This document shows positions 20,370 through 29,227 of a DNA stretch of 64,000 nucleotides, piece by piece. The DNA is from Thermomicrobiales bacterium. Its GTDB lineage: Bacteria > Chloroflexota > Chloroflexia > Thermomicrobiales > UBA6265. Position numbers and translations under genes: made by a program. The notes under the pieces were generated by a model that saw only the letters and a list, made by a program, of their open reading frames with translations, did no database searches and was not told the DNA's origin. Every line of letters starts with the position of its first letter. Positions within the stretch are counted from its first letter, which is position 1. The stretch lies in contig JAWKPJ010000001.1 of assembly GCA_041390745.1 (NCBI GenBank), positions 515,387-579,386 of the forward strand. Direction: 5' to 3'.

Positions 20370-21869
20370 ATGACCGAAGCACGCACCCAGACAGACCTCG
20401 CGTATCTCTCGGCCACCGAGCAGCTTTCCCTCTTCCGGAGCCGGGAGATTTCTCCGGTCGAGGTGCTGCAGGCGCAGATCGCCCGGGCCGATGCCCTGGC
20501 TGAAACGGTCAACGCGCTCACCTGGCGCTTCAATGACCGCGCCCTCAACCAGGCCCGGGCGGCCGAGGCCCGCTATTTGGGCAAGGGCGACGCTCCGCGC
20601 GCACTGGAAGGCATCACCCTCGCCATCAAGGAAGAAATGGGGGTTGCGGGCGATCCAGTGACCAGCGCCTCGCTGGCCTTCAAGGACGCCATCGCCGAGG
20701 AAACAGCGCCGCTGGCGGACCGCGCCATGGCTGCCGGGGCCATTGTCCACGCCCGCACCACGCAACCAGAGTTTGCCTGCGCCGCCTTCTCACAGTCGAC
20801 CTTGTTCGGCATAACCCGCAACCCGTGGAACCAGAGCTACGACGTGGGCGGCAGCTCCGGCGGCGCTGGCGCCAGCCTGGCGGCGGGCCTGACCACCATC
20901 GCTGGCGGCTCCGATATCGCCGGTTCTATCCGCATCCCGGCCTCCTGCACCGGCGTGGTCGGCTTCAAGCCTCCCTACGGCCGCGTGCCGCAGCAAGCGC
21001 CCTTCAACCTGGATCACTACTGTCACGAGGGCCCCATGACGCGCACCATTGCCGACTGCGCGCTCTTCGAGAACATCATCAGCGGCCCCTCCCCCATCGA
21101 CATCGCCTCGCTGCGCGAACGGGTGGAGCTGCCGCTGGACCCCGGCGGCGTCGAGGGCCTGCGCATCGCCGTTTCAGTCGATCTGGGAAGCTGGGACGTG
21201 GCAGAGGACATCAAGCGCAACACGCTCCGGGCGGCGGAAGCGCTGCGGGCAGCGGGTGCGACCGTTGAGGTCGTGGATTTCACTCTCGACAAGGAGGAAG
21301 TGTTCGAGGTGGCGCACGCCCACCTGGGCAGCATCTTCGGCGCCAGCCTGGCCACACTTCTGGCTGAGCACCGCGACGAGATGACCTCCTACGCCATTGC
21401 CTTCGCCGAGGACAAGGGGATTGCCCGCCCCATGAGCCTGCTGGAAGGCATGGAGCGGGAGGGCGCCATCACCCGGGCCATCGGCACGCTGCTGGAGGAG
21501 TACGACGCGCTGATCTGCCCAACTTTGGCCATCCCGGCACTCCCGGCCGACACCCCCTGGCTCGTGACGCAGGCAAACGGCGCCGTCTTCTCCCCCCTGG
21601 AGCACGTGATGACCATCCCGTTCAATATCGCCAGCCGCTGCCCGGTCCTGAACGTTCCCTCCGGCTTCGCGGACACCGGCGTGCCCACCGGACTCCAGAT
21701 CGTCGCCCGCACCTTCGACGACCTCACCGCCTTCCGCCTCGGCGCGGCCCTGGAGCGCGCGGGACTCTGGACTATGCGACGACGCGACCGGAGCTGGCGG
21801 TGTAACCATCAGTCATCCTGCGGACGCGCGTTGTTCGCCGATCGCGCCCAACCTCGCGCGTCAACCTGA
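20370..21869 (+). CDS. Amidase-signature family amidase
   Basis: A GGAGGA RBS precedes ATG 20370. The AS motif GGSSGGAGASLAAGLTTIAGGSDIAGSIRIPAS is present. The last 35 aa or so look unnatural, and an alternative frame ends ...DYATTRPELAV at TAA 21803-21805, so a 3' frameshift is possible. Confidence 0.88.
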   Translation: MTEARTQTDLAYLSATEQLSLFRSREISPVEVLQAQIARADALAETVNALTWRFNDRALNQARAAEARYLGKGDAPRALEGITLAIKEEMGVAGDPVTSASLAFKDAIAEETAPLADRAMAAGAIVHARTTQPEFACAAFSQSTLFGITRNPWNQSYDVGGSSGGAGASLAAGLTTIAGGSDIAGSIRIPASCTGVVGFKPPYGRVPQQAPFNLDHYCHEGPMTRTIADCALFENIISGPSPIDIASLRERVELPLDPGGVEGLRIAVSVDLGSWDVAEDIKRNTLRAAEALRAAGATVEVVDFTLDKEEVFEVAHAHLGSIFGASLATLLAEHRDEMTSYAIAFAEDKGIARPMSLLEGMEREGAITRAIGTLLEEYDALICPTLAIPALPADTPWLVTQANGAVFSPLEHVMTIPFNIASRCPVLNVPSGFADTGVPTGLQIVARTFDDLTAFRLGAALERAGLWTMRRRDRSWRCNHQSSCGRALFADRAQPRAST

Positions 21870-22053
21870 CATCGTCGAAGGATGCCCCCTGAAGGGAAGC
21901 GGCGGACCGAGAGTTGGCCAGGGCCCGGGATGAGGACTGGCGAGATCCTGGCCATCGCCGCAACTTCCGGCCAGCCATGCCCTCGGGGTATGCTGGAGAC
22001 TTGAGGACCTGCGCCCGGCTGCGCCGGGCGTCCGCAGCGCCAGGAGGCAGAGG

Positions 22054-23457
22054 TTGGCCACAACAGTCGAGATGCCACGCAGTACCGTCCAACCAGAACA
22101 CGCTGATGGCGTCCGCGTGCTGCGCATCCAGGGCGGCAGGCCGTTGCACGGGAGCGTAAAGATCGGCGGGGCCAAGAACGCCGCGCTGCCTGCGCTGGCC
22201 GCCACCCTGCTCACCAGCGAGGAGTGCACCCTCCACAACGTGCCGGATCTGGCCGATATTGAAACGATGCTCGCGCTGCTGCGCAGCCTCGGCGCCGAAA
22301 CCGAGCGGGATCCCAAACGCAAGCTCGTTCGCGTGCGGGCGGCCAATATCACCAGTACCGCCGCGCCCGCCGACCTCGTCGGCAAGATGCGCGCGTCCTT
22401 CCTCGTCGCAGGCCCGCTGCTGGCCCGCTGCGGGGAGATGTCTGCATCCACGCCCGGCGGGTGTCAGCTTGGCGCGCGACCAGTCGATGTCGATGTGCGC
22501 GGCTTCCGCCAGATGGGCGCGCAGATAAGCTTCCCGGAGAGCGGGGAGCTCGTGGCCGGGCAAACCAGCGGCCTGCGCGGCGCGGGCATCTACATGGATT
22601 ACCCTAGCCACACGGGCACCGAAAACCTGCTCATGGCCGCCAGCCTGGCTGCCGGACGCACCACCATCGTTCACGCCGCCTGTGAGCCGGAAATCGTCTT
22701 TCTCGGCAACATGCTGATCCGCATGGGGGCGCGCATCAAGGGCCTCGGCACCCCCACCATCACGGTCGATGGTGTGGATCGCCTGCACGGCGTCTCGGAA
22801 CACATCCTGCCGGACCGCCTGGAGGCTGGCACCTACGCCATCGGCGCGATTGCGACCGGCGGCGAGGTGACGCTGGAGGATGTCGACGTCAGCGCCATGC
22901 TGCCGCTGACCGCCAAGCTGCGGGAGGCAGGAGCCCGCATCTGGATCGACGGCAACGACATGCTGATCCGCCCCGGCAACCGCCTGAAGGCCGTCGAGAT
23001 CCAGACACTGCCCTACCCGGGCTTTCCCACTGACCTGCAGGCTGCCTTCGCGGTCCTGATGACGCAGGCTACCGGCGTCTCGCGCATCCACGAACGGGTC
23101 TTCTCGGACCGGTTGCGCTACACCGATCAACTGCGGGCGATGGGCGCGCAGATCGCTGTGCCGCGCTTCCTGGACGCCGACGCCAGCGGCGCGGGCTTGC
23201 CAGGCACGATTCACTACGGCACCCAGGCGGAAATCACCGGCCCGTCGCCCCTTCACGGCGCCGCCGTGCGCTGCCTCGATATCCGGGCCGGCGCGGGCGT
23301 GGTTCTGGCCGGGCTCGTCGCTTCCGGCGAGACTGTCGTCTCGGCGCTCCATCACCTGGACCGTGGCTACGAAGGATTTGTCGAGAAGCTGCAAACCCTG
23401 CAAGCAGATGTCACCGAGTCCGTCGCCACCCCGGCGGAGATCGCCGCCACGGTATGA
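22054..23457 (+). CDS. murA: UDP-N-acetylglucosamine 1-carboxyvinyltransferase
   Basis: A TTG start follows AGGAGG. Motifs are GSVKIGGAKNAALPALAATLL, the active-site Cys in TPGGCQLGARPVD, and GFPTDLQAAF. Confidence 0.95.
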   Translation: MATTVEMPRSTVQPEHADGVRVLRIQGGRPLHGSVKIGGAKNAALPALAATLLTSEECTLHNVPDLADIETMLALLRSLGAETERDPKRKLVRVRAANITSTAAPADLVGKMRASFLVAGPLLARCGEMSASTPGGCQLGARPVDVDVRGFRQMGAQISFPESGELVAGQTSGLRGAGIYMDYPSHTGTENLLMAASLAAGRTTIVHAACEPEIVFLGNMLIRMGARIKGLGTPTITVDGVDRLHGVSEHILPDRLEAGTYAIGAIATGGEVTLEDVDVSAMLPLTAKLREAGARIWIDGNDMLIRPGNRLKAVEIQTLPYPGFPTDLQAAFAVLMTQATGVSRIHERVFSDRLRYTDQLRAMGAQIAVPRFLDADASGAGLPGTIHYGTQAEITGPSPLHGAAVRCLDIRAGAGVVLAGLVASGETVVSALHHLDRGYEGFVEKLQTLQADVTESVATPAEIAATV

Positions 23458-24755
23458 CGGACCCTGCCCCTGATCGTGCGGCCATCGCCGAGATTGCCGG
23501 CGGCACATTGACGCGCCGGGAAGCGCGCGAACTGGCGGTGATCGCCTCGCGGCTGGACAGACGGCCGCGCCCGTCGCGCGATGCCGGAGTGCAGCGGGCT
23601 CGCTTGCATGAGATGATCCGCGCGCTCGGCTGTGTGCAACTCGACACCATCAGCGTCATCTCGCGCTCGCACGAGACGGTGCTCTGGAGCCGCCTGGGCC
23701 AGTACGATCCTCGCGTCCTGAACGCGCTTTACGCCGGTGGCGGCGTCCTCACCGAATACTGGGCTCACGCGGCCGCCATCATCCCTATCGAGACGTTTCC
23801 CTACTACCGCGGCAGTATGGCGGACTACGTCGCGAAGTACGAAGCGGCAGGGAGTTGGGCCGAGGCGAACCAGGACCTGATGACCGCCATCCACCAGCGT
23901 TTCCGTGACGAAGGGGAGTTGGCCTCCCGCCACTTCGAGCGTCACGAGGACCGTCGTCCGGAAGCCTGGGAGTGGTACGGCGGCAAACCTGCCCGCCAGG
24001 CGCTGCAGCACCTCTGGTCGCGCGGGGACCTCATGGTTGCGCGGCGGGAGAGCGGCTTCCAGCGTGTCTATGACCTCACCGAACGCCTCATTCCGGAGCC
24101 CCACTTCTCCCACGAACCAACTCAGGCCGAGCGCGCCCGCTTCTTCACCCATTCGGCGCTCCGGGCCCTTGGCGTGACCAATCCGGCCTGGGCAGCAGAC
24201 TACTTCCGCTCCTGGGCGCGCCCGCACATCCGGCCCGCCGAGAGCCAGCAGGAACTGCAGCGCCTGGCAGCGGAAAACCTGGCGATTCCAGTCGCCGTTG
24301 ATGGGATCAAGGGTCCGCTCTGGATGGACGCTGCCCTCGCATCCCGCCTGCTCGATCTGCGCGAAGGGCGCGGTAGGCCGACGCTGACTACGCTGCTCTC
24401 TCCCTTCGACAACCTGATCTGGAACCGGCAGCGCGACGGGCAGCTTTTCGACATCGACCTGCGCATCGAGTTCTACACCCCGGCCCCGAAGCGCATCTAC
24501 GGCTACTACTCGCTGCCTATCCTGCACAAGGGCGCGATCGCCGGTCGTCTCGACGCTGTGGTGGATCGCCGCGCCCACCTGCTGACAGTACGAAACGTCC
24601 ACCTTGAGTCCCGCACGCGCTCCAGCGCGTCCCTCGCTGCCGCCGTCGCCGCTTCACTTTGGGACCTGGCGGGCTTCCTGCAGGCCGAGGAAGTATTGGT
24701 GCTGGCCAGCGACCCGCCGGAATTCGCGGAACTGCTTGCCACGGCGCTGAAGTAG
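23454..24755 (+). CDS. Winged-helix YcaQ/AlkZ-family protein (putative interstrand-crosslink DNA glycosylase)
   Basis: ATGA overlap with the murA stop. LGCVQLDTISVISRSHETVLWSRL...EYWAHAAAIIP...LLSPFDNLIWNRQR...FYTPAPKRIYGYYSLPIL is typical of the YcaQ (DUF1006) family. Confidence 0.8.
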   Translation: MTDPAPDRAAIAEIAGGTLTRREARELAVIASRLDRRPRPSRDAGVQRARLHEMIRALGCVQLDTISVISRSHETVLWSRLGQYDPRVLNALYAGGGVLTEYWAHAAAIIPIETFPYYRGSMADYVAKYEAAGSWAEANQDLMTAIHQRFRDEGELASRHFERHEDRRPEAWEWYGGKPARQALQHLWSRGDLMVARRESGFQRVYDLTERLIPEPHFSHEPTQAERARFFTHSALRALGVTNPAWAADYFRSWARPHIRPAESQQELQRLAAENLAIPVAVDGIKGPLWMDAALASRLLDLREGRGRPTLTTLLSPFDNLIWNRQRDGQLFDIDLRIEFYTPAPKRIYGYYSLPILHKGAIAGRLDAVVDRRAHLLTVRNVHLESRTRSSASLAAAVAASLWDLAGFLQAEEVLVLASDPPEFAELLATALK

Positions 24756-25065
24756 GACGCGCCCGACCACGCAGTGAACCCGCGGCCAGTTCGTCATCGA
24801 CGATGACCGGGCGCGCCTCGCCTTGCCGCGCATCATGGGCTGGCTGACTGAAGCCACGCCTGACTCTCCGGACAAGAGCGTCTGCAGGCGAAGACTCGCA
24901 CCGTTCTGGGCCAGGAGAGGCCCGGCGCTCTCCAGGTGACGGCGTGCTGCCTGCCTCCGGGTGCGACCAACGTGCGGGCATATGCTGTAGCAGAATGCAC
25001 TTCTGCGGAGCCGGCCAGTTCGCGGCCGCACGCTTTGCCCTGTCTGGAGCGAGAGGAGGTCACTG

Positions 25066-25560
25066 ATGCGCTGGTTCGGGGTCATGTTGGCAATGGTGGT
25101 GTTCGGCGGGGCGCTGGCTGCACCCCTCCCACCCGTGGCCACCGCCCAGGAGGCGACGCTGCCCGCCACAACGACCTTGCACCTGGTGGAACACGCGGTG
25201 CACCTGACCACGGTCGATCACGGCGAGCCGGGGCCATCGGTGGGCGATGTTCAGGTTTGGGGCCCGAATCCACTATTCGATGAGCGCGACAGCGCCGACA
25301 CCGGCGCCACAACCCAGGGCACATGCACCGCGCTGAATGCCGCCTTCGACTGCATCGTGACGGAGACGATCCTCTTTGCGAACGGCAGCACCCTGCAAAT
25401 CCAGGGCGTCGAGTTTGCCGCAGCGCCGTCGCTTCGCACCATAGTCGGAGGGTCCGGCGACTACCTCGGCGCGACCGGCACGATCGTAGTCGAGCCCACT
25501 GACGACCAGAGCAAATGGGCCAAGACGATCGAGCTGTTCCTGGCAGGCAACGAGTCGTAG
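25066..25560 (+). CDS. Secreted dirigent / allene-oxide-cyclase-barrel-like protein
   Basis: A GAGGAGG RBS and a Sec-type signal (MRWFGVMLAMVVFGGALAAPLPPVATAQE) are present. The C-terminal motif IVGGSGDYLGATG resembles the GGTG.Y.GA.G signature of dirigent-like proteins. The assignment is weak. Confidence 0.45.
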   Translation: MRWFGVMLAMVVFGGALAAPLPPVATAQEATLPATTTLHLVEHAVHLTTVDHGEPGPSVGDVQVWGPNPLFDERDSADTGATTQGTCTALNAAFDCIVTETILFANGSTLQIQGVEFAAAPSLRTIVGGSGDYLGATGTIVVEPTDDQSKWAKTIELFLAGNES

Positions 25561-25566
25561 GGGCGG

Positions 25567-26334
25567 TCAGCTCTCGGTAGCCCGCGCCGCCTGTTCTTCC
25601 CGGAAGCGCGCAACCCACTCGTCGGTGCGGTCGTCCGCCAGGCGAACGGTGCGTGGGTCGGGCAGATCCAGTGGCGGGTGGGCGATGCCCATCCAGTCCA
25701 GGATCTCCGCCGTCGCCTCGCTGTAGCGCGGAGCGAACTCCTCGTAGACCACGCGGTACGGGGTGAACCCTGCGTTAGCCACCCAGGCGCCAATCGCCAC
25801 GTCTTCCGCCTCGGCCTGCTGCAGCAGTGCCGCGATGCCGGCGTAGTCGAACGCCAGCTCGCCCGGCTGTAGCGGCTCATCACCCAGGCGCCAGGCCCGC
25901 CCCAGTTTCGGTTCCTCCGCGCCGCGCCCCTGCCCCCACACGCCAGTCTGGCGGGCCTTGAACCACGAGATCGCCTGTCGCAGCTTGTCGTCCCGCGTCG
26001 CCCACAGGATGTGCAGATCGGGGAACAGAGCACGAAGCAGGTCGCCACCCGACAGGTCAGCCAGATCGGGCTGCTGCCGGGCCACCTGCTCCAGGTGCAT
26101 GAGCTGACCGTAGAGCAGCTTCGCGCCGAACACACCATTGCTGGAAGAGCGCTTTTTCTGCAACTGCGCCGCGTACGCGGGCAGTGCCGGCGTGTTCCAC
26201 CGCTCCATCCAGTGCGCCATCTTGTGCCCAAAGAACTCGCGCGGCTCCCCCGCCACGCCGCTCGCCTGCAAGCCCTGCCCCAGCAGCGTGCTGCCCGAGC
26301 GCGGGGTTGCAATCACCAGGTAGCTTTTCGTCAT
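25567..26334 (-). CDS. Stf0-type sulfotransferase
   Basis: MTKSYLVIATPRSGSTLLGQGL contains the PAPS-binding PRSGST loop, followed by NGVFGAKLLY...ATRDDKLRQAISWFKA...FDY...YEEF. This resembles the trehalose 2-sulfotransferase (Stf0) family. The start at 26334 was chosen because the longer ORF start lies inside a REP hairpin. Confidence 0.65.
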   Translation of the reverse strand: MTKSYLVIATPRSGSTLLGQGLQASGVAGEPREFFGHKMAHWMERWNTPALPAYAAQLQKKRSSSNGVFGAKLLYGQLMHLEQVARQQPDLADLSGGDLLRALFPDLHILWATRDDKLRQAISWFKARQTGVWGQGRGAEEPKLGRAWRLGDEPLQPGELAFDYAGIAALLQQAEAEDVAIGAWVANAGFTPYRVVYEEFAPRYSEATAEILDWMGIAHPPLDLPDPRTVRLADDRTDEWVARFREEQAARATES

Positions 26335-26360
26335 CCCCAAGCTCGCTCCAGCGCTCATCA

Positions 26361-26404
26361 TCTCCCCTCTCCCGCGCATCGGGAGAGGGGCCAGGGGTGA
26401 GGGC
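26361..26404. repeat. REP-like palindromic element, family 1
   Basis: CCCCTCTCCCG (26364-26374), a CGCAT loop and CGGGAGAGGGG (26380-26390) are followed by CCAGGGGTGAGGG. An inverted copy lies at 34986-35025. Confidence 0.75.
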
Positions 26405-26477
26405 CGTGGCGCGCCTCAACCCGCTCCATCAGTACCTCTCCTGGCCACCCCCGCAGGTTGGGGTGCGGGGCACTCCA

Positions 26478-27818
26478 TTATCCGGGAAAGAAGAATGTCC
26501 GCAGCGTGATCAACAGGAACCCGCCGATCAGCAGCGGCCAATAGGCCAGCACCGGCAACAGGTCGCCACGGTAGCCCAGGATTGGGATACGCCATCCCTT
26601 TACCGCCGCCACGCCATCCAGCACCACCAGCACAATGAAGATATCGAGCAACAGGGGGAACCACTCCAGGTAGGTCAGACTCTGCGATTGCACGGCGCCG
26701 CGGACGGCGTTATGGTCCAGAATCACGGCGAAGAGCAAGGCGCCAACCGCGACGATGAGATCGAAAACCGTGATGCCCAACGGCCGCTCCGCCGTGGCTT
26801 CATGCGCCATCAGCAGGAGCAGGAGAAAGAGCAAAATGGCGATTGCCACCTCCAGCACGCCGTGCTCCAGCAACGGCCCCAGCGGATCACGCGCCACCAT
26901 CAGGTTGTAGTACAGCTCCGGGTCCGGGGCATCGGTAAACCCGTAATCCAGGCCAAAGTCGACGTTGTAGTCGAGGAGGGCGTAGCTAAAATACGTCTGA
27001 ACCGGATCCCAGCCGCCATACACGAACTGCGTGTCCAGACCGGGCAATGCCTCTGGCCGCAGGTCCCGGTAGGCCGCGAAGTCGGGAACCAGCATCACGG
27101 AGTAATCCACCTCCGGGTGCCAGAGCCGCAGCCAGATATCCTGCTGGTCGAAGGGATAGTCGCGGTAGTCGAAGTTCTGGCGGAACTGCCCGCTGAAATA
27201 CCAACCGACTTCCTGCACCCCGTTCCGCGTGATATCCCACGCCGGGGTTGGGTTGTAGGCGTCCTCAAGCTGCTCCGGCAGGGCAACGCCCCGTCGCAGA
27301 TCAGCCGGCACATCGGGGTCGTACTTCTGCCAGACAAACCCGGACATCTCCACGTTGCTGGTGGACTGAAACTCGAAGGATTGCAGGTACACGCCGGTCG
27401 GAATGAGGTAGTCATACTGGGCGAACGAAGCCTCGTGTTCAGCCATGAACGCGTCGAGTTCCCCGGCTCCCGTAATCGGGGCGCCGTTCGTTGCCGAGTA
27501 CCGATGCGAAGTGAGAATGACACTCCAGGAAAACACGAGCGCTGCCAGCATGGCGATGGACCACACCACCGCCACGTTGCGGCGCCCGGCGAGGTTCTGC
27601 GGGCCCGGACGGTTCCAGGCGAAAGACACGGCGAGCACCGCGCCCAGCAAGGCCAGCACCAGGGAAATGAGATCGCGCCCACCATCTGCAAAGTGCAGGC
27701 CATCCCGCGCTTCCACGCGCTGCGCCAGAAGCCAGACGAAGAGCACCGTGCAGCCCACGGCCGCGATCCACGCCAGCCGCCAGGCAACCTCCAACCAGCG
27801 TGGAGCGCGAGTTGGCAC
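26478..27818 (-). CDS. Pentameric ligand-gated ion channel (GLIC/ELIC-like) homologue with an N-terminal three-helix membrane extension
   Basis: The segment NFDYRDYPFDQQDIWLRLWH matches the pLGIC beta6-beta7 [FY]PFD.Q signature. It is preceded by a beta-rich domain of about 200 aa and followed by pre-M1 MVARDP and four helices in M1-M4 spacing. Three further hydrophobic helices lie N-terminal. The start was taken as in-frame GTG 27818, 5 nt after the upstream stop, and is uncertain. Confidence 0.6.
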   Translation of the reverse strand: MPTRAPRWLEVAWRLAWIAAVGCTVLFVWLLAQRVEARDGLHFADGGRDLISLVLALLGAVLAVSFAWNRPGPQNLAGRRNVAVVWSIAMLAALVFSWSVILTSHRYSATNGAPITGAGELDAFMAEHEASFAQYDYLIPTGVYLQSFEFQSTSNVEMSGFVWQKYDPDVPADLRRGVALPEQLEDAYNPTPAWDITRNGVQEVGWYFSGQFRQNFDYRDYPFDQQDIWLRLWHPEVDYSVMLVPDFAAYRDLRPEALPGLDTQFVYGGWDPVQTYFSYALLDYNVDFGLDYGFTDAPDPELYYNLMVARDPLGPLLEHGVLEVAIAILLFLLLLLMAHEATAERPLGITVFDLIVAVGALLFAVILDHNAVRGAVQSQSLTYLEWFPLLLDIFIVLVVLDGVAAVKGWRIPILGYRGDLLPVLAYWPLLIGGFLLITLRTFFFPG

Positions 27819-27823
27819 AGGCG

Positions 27824-29227
27824 TCAGTGGCGGCCGATGCGCTCCACCAGCGTCTTGCCGGTGGGCGCCTGCCCTGTCTCGGCCGCCCTCCTGTCCAGCC
27901 GGGCGAACCCTTCCTGCGCGAAGCGGATGCCCAGCCAACGCAGCGGCTCCGGCTCCCAGAGCGGTGAGCGGTGGTTGACCGTCGGCAGTTGGGTAATCTC
28001 GGTTGATTCGCCGCGAATAAGGTCCGTCAGGATGCGCCCAAACAGGTTGGTGGTCGCCACTCCCTGCCCGGTGTACCCGCCGGCGCGGGCAATCCCGGTG
28101 CGCGGGTCGAAGCTGGTGGTTGGCATCCAGTCGCGCGGCATCCCCAGCGGCCCGCCCCAGGCGTGCGTGAAGCGCACATGCCGCAGCGGCGGAAACCAGG
28201 CCCGGGCCAACTCCCGCAGCATCTCATGCGTTGGCGCGTGGCGGTCCAGCGCATCGGTGATGAGCGAGTTGCGGTGATAGGGCGCGCCACGCCCACCGAA
28301 CATGACCCGGCCATCCGCCGTGCGGTTCAGGTAATCAACCGACAGGCGGGAACTGGACACCAACTCCCGATTGCGCCAGCCGATCTGGTCCCAGTCGCTC
28401 TCCGAAAGCGGCTCGGTCAGCACGATCAGCGAGTACATCGGCACCAGGGTGCGATCCAGCTTCGGCAACTGCTGGCTGTACGCTTCGCCCGCCAGCACCA
28501 CGGTTTTCGCGCGCACATCGCCGTAGGGGGTGATCAGGCGCGGTTTCGCGCCGCCCTCGAAATCGGTGACCGGCGTTTGCTCGTAGATCGTCGCGCCGTC
28601 CGCCTCGATCACCCGCGCCAGCCCGCGCGCCAGGCGACCCGGGTGGATACTGGCTGCCGTCGGGTTGTAGAGCCCGGCCACCACGTCGGTCACGCGCACC
28701 ATGTCTGCTGTCTGCTGCGCATCCAGCAATTGGTAGTGGTCGCCAAGTCCCAGCGCCTGCGCGGCCTGGTATCCCCCCTCTACGCTGGGGCGCTCATGCT
28801 CACCGCGCGCCAGGCGCAGGGCGCCGCCCTCTTTCCACTGCGCGTCGATTCTCTCGCTGCGCACCACCCGGTCGATCTCATGGTAGGTGTCGTACATGGC
28901 GCGGGAGACAGCGCGGGCGGCATCCGCCCCATAGCGCTCTGCCAGGATGCTGCCGCTGACCGGGAATCCGGGGTAGCACCAGCCGCCGTTACGCCCCGAC
29001 GCCCCGAACCCGGCAATCTCGCGCTCCACCACCGCCACGCGCAGCGACGGATCGCGCTGGAGCAGGTAGTACGCCGTCCACATGCCGGTGTACCCGGCGC
29101 CCATGATGGCCACATCGACATCGACCGAGCCATCCAGCCGGGGCCGGGGCGTCAAATCATCGCCGCAACTCTCCAGCCAGTACGAGTACTTCGCGTAGTC
29201 CGCAGCCGTCTTCTTCCTGTCGTCCAT
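27824..29227 (-). CDS. FAD-dependent oxidoreductase (DAO family, gamma-glutamylputrescine oxidase-like)
   Basis: The dinucleotide-binding motif VDVAIMGAGYTGMWTAYYL and FGASGRNGGW are present, and the length is typical of PuuB/DAO-family enzymes. ATG 29227 was chosen over the ORF-track start at 29374. Confidence 0.8.
   Translation of the reverse strand: MDDRKKTAADYAKYSYWLESCGDDLTPRPRLDGSVDVDVAIMGAGYTGMWTAYYLLQRDPSLRVAVVEREIAGFGASGRNGGWCYPGFPVSGSILAERYGADAARAVSRAMYDTYHEIDRVVRSERIDAQWKEGGALRLARGEHERPSVEGGYQAAQALGLGDHYQLLDAQQTADMVRVTDVVAGLYNPTAASIHPGRLARGLARVIEADGATIYEQTPVTDFEGGAKPRLITPYGDVRAKTVVLAGEAYSQQLPKLDRTLVPMYSLIVLTEPLSESDWDQIGWRNRELVSSSRLSVDYLNRTADGRVMFGGRGAPYHRNSLITDALDRHAPTHEMLRELARAWFPPLRHVRFTHAWGGPLGMPRDWMPTTSFDPRTGIARAGGYTGQGVATTNLFGRILTDLIRGESTEITQLPTVNHRSPLWEPEPLRWLGIRFAQEGFARLDRRAAETGQAPTGKTLVERIGRH

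Noticed and set aside
22001-22031. A GC hairpin (CGCCCGGC-TGC-GCCGGGCG) between the amidase gene and murA, considered as a terminator.
   Set aside because: The stem is short, the 3-nt loop is minimal, there is no U-tract, and it lies only about 25 nt before the murA RBS. The evidence is insufficient to call it.
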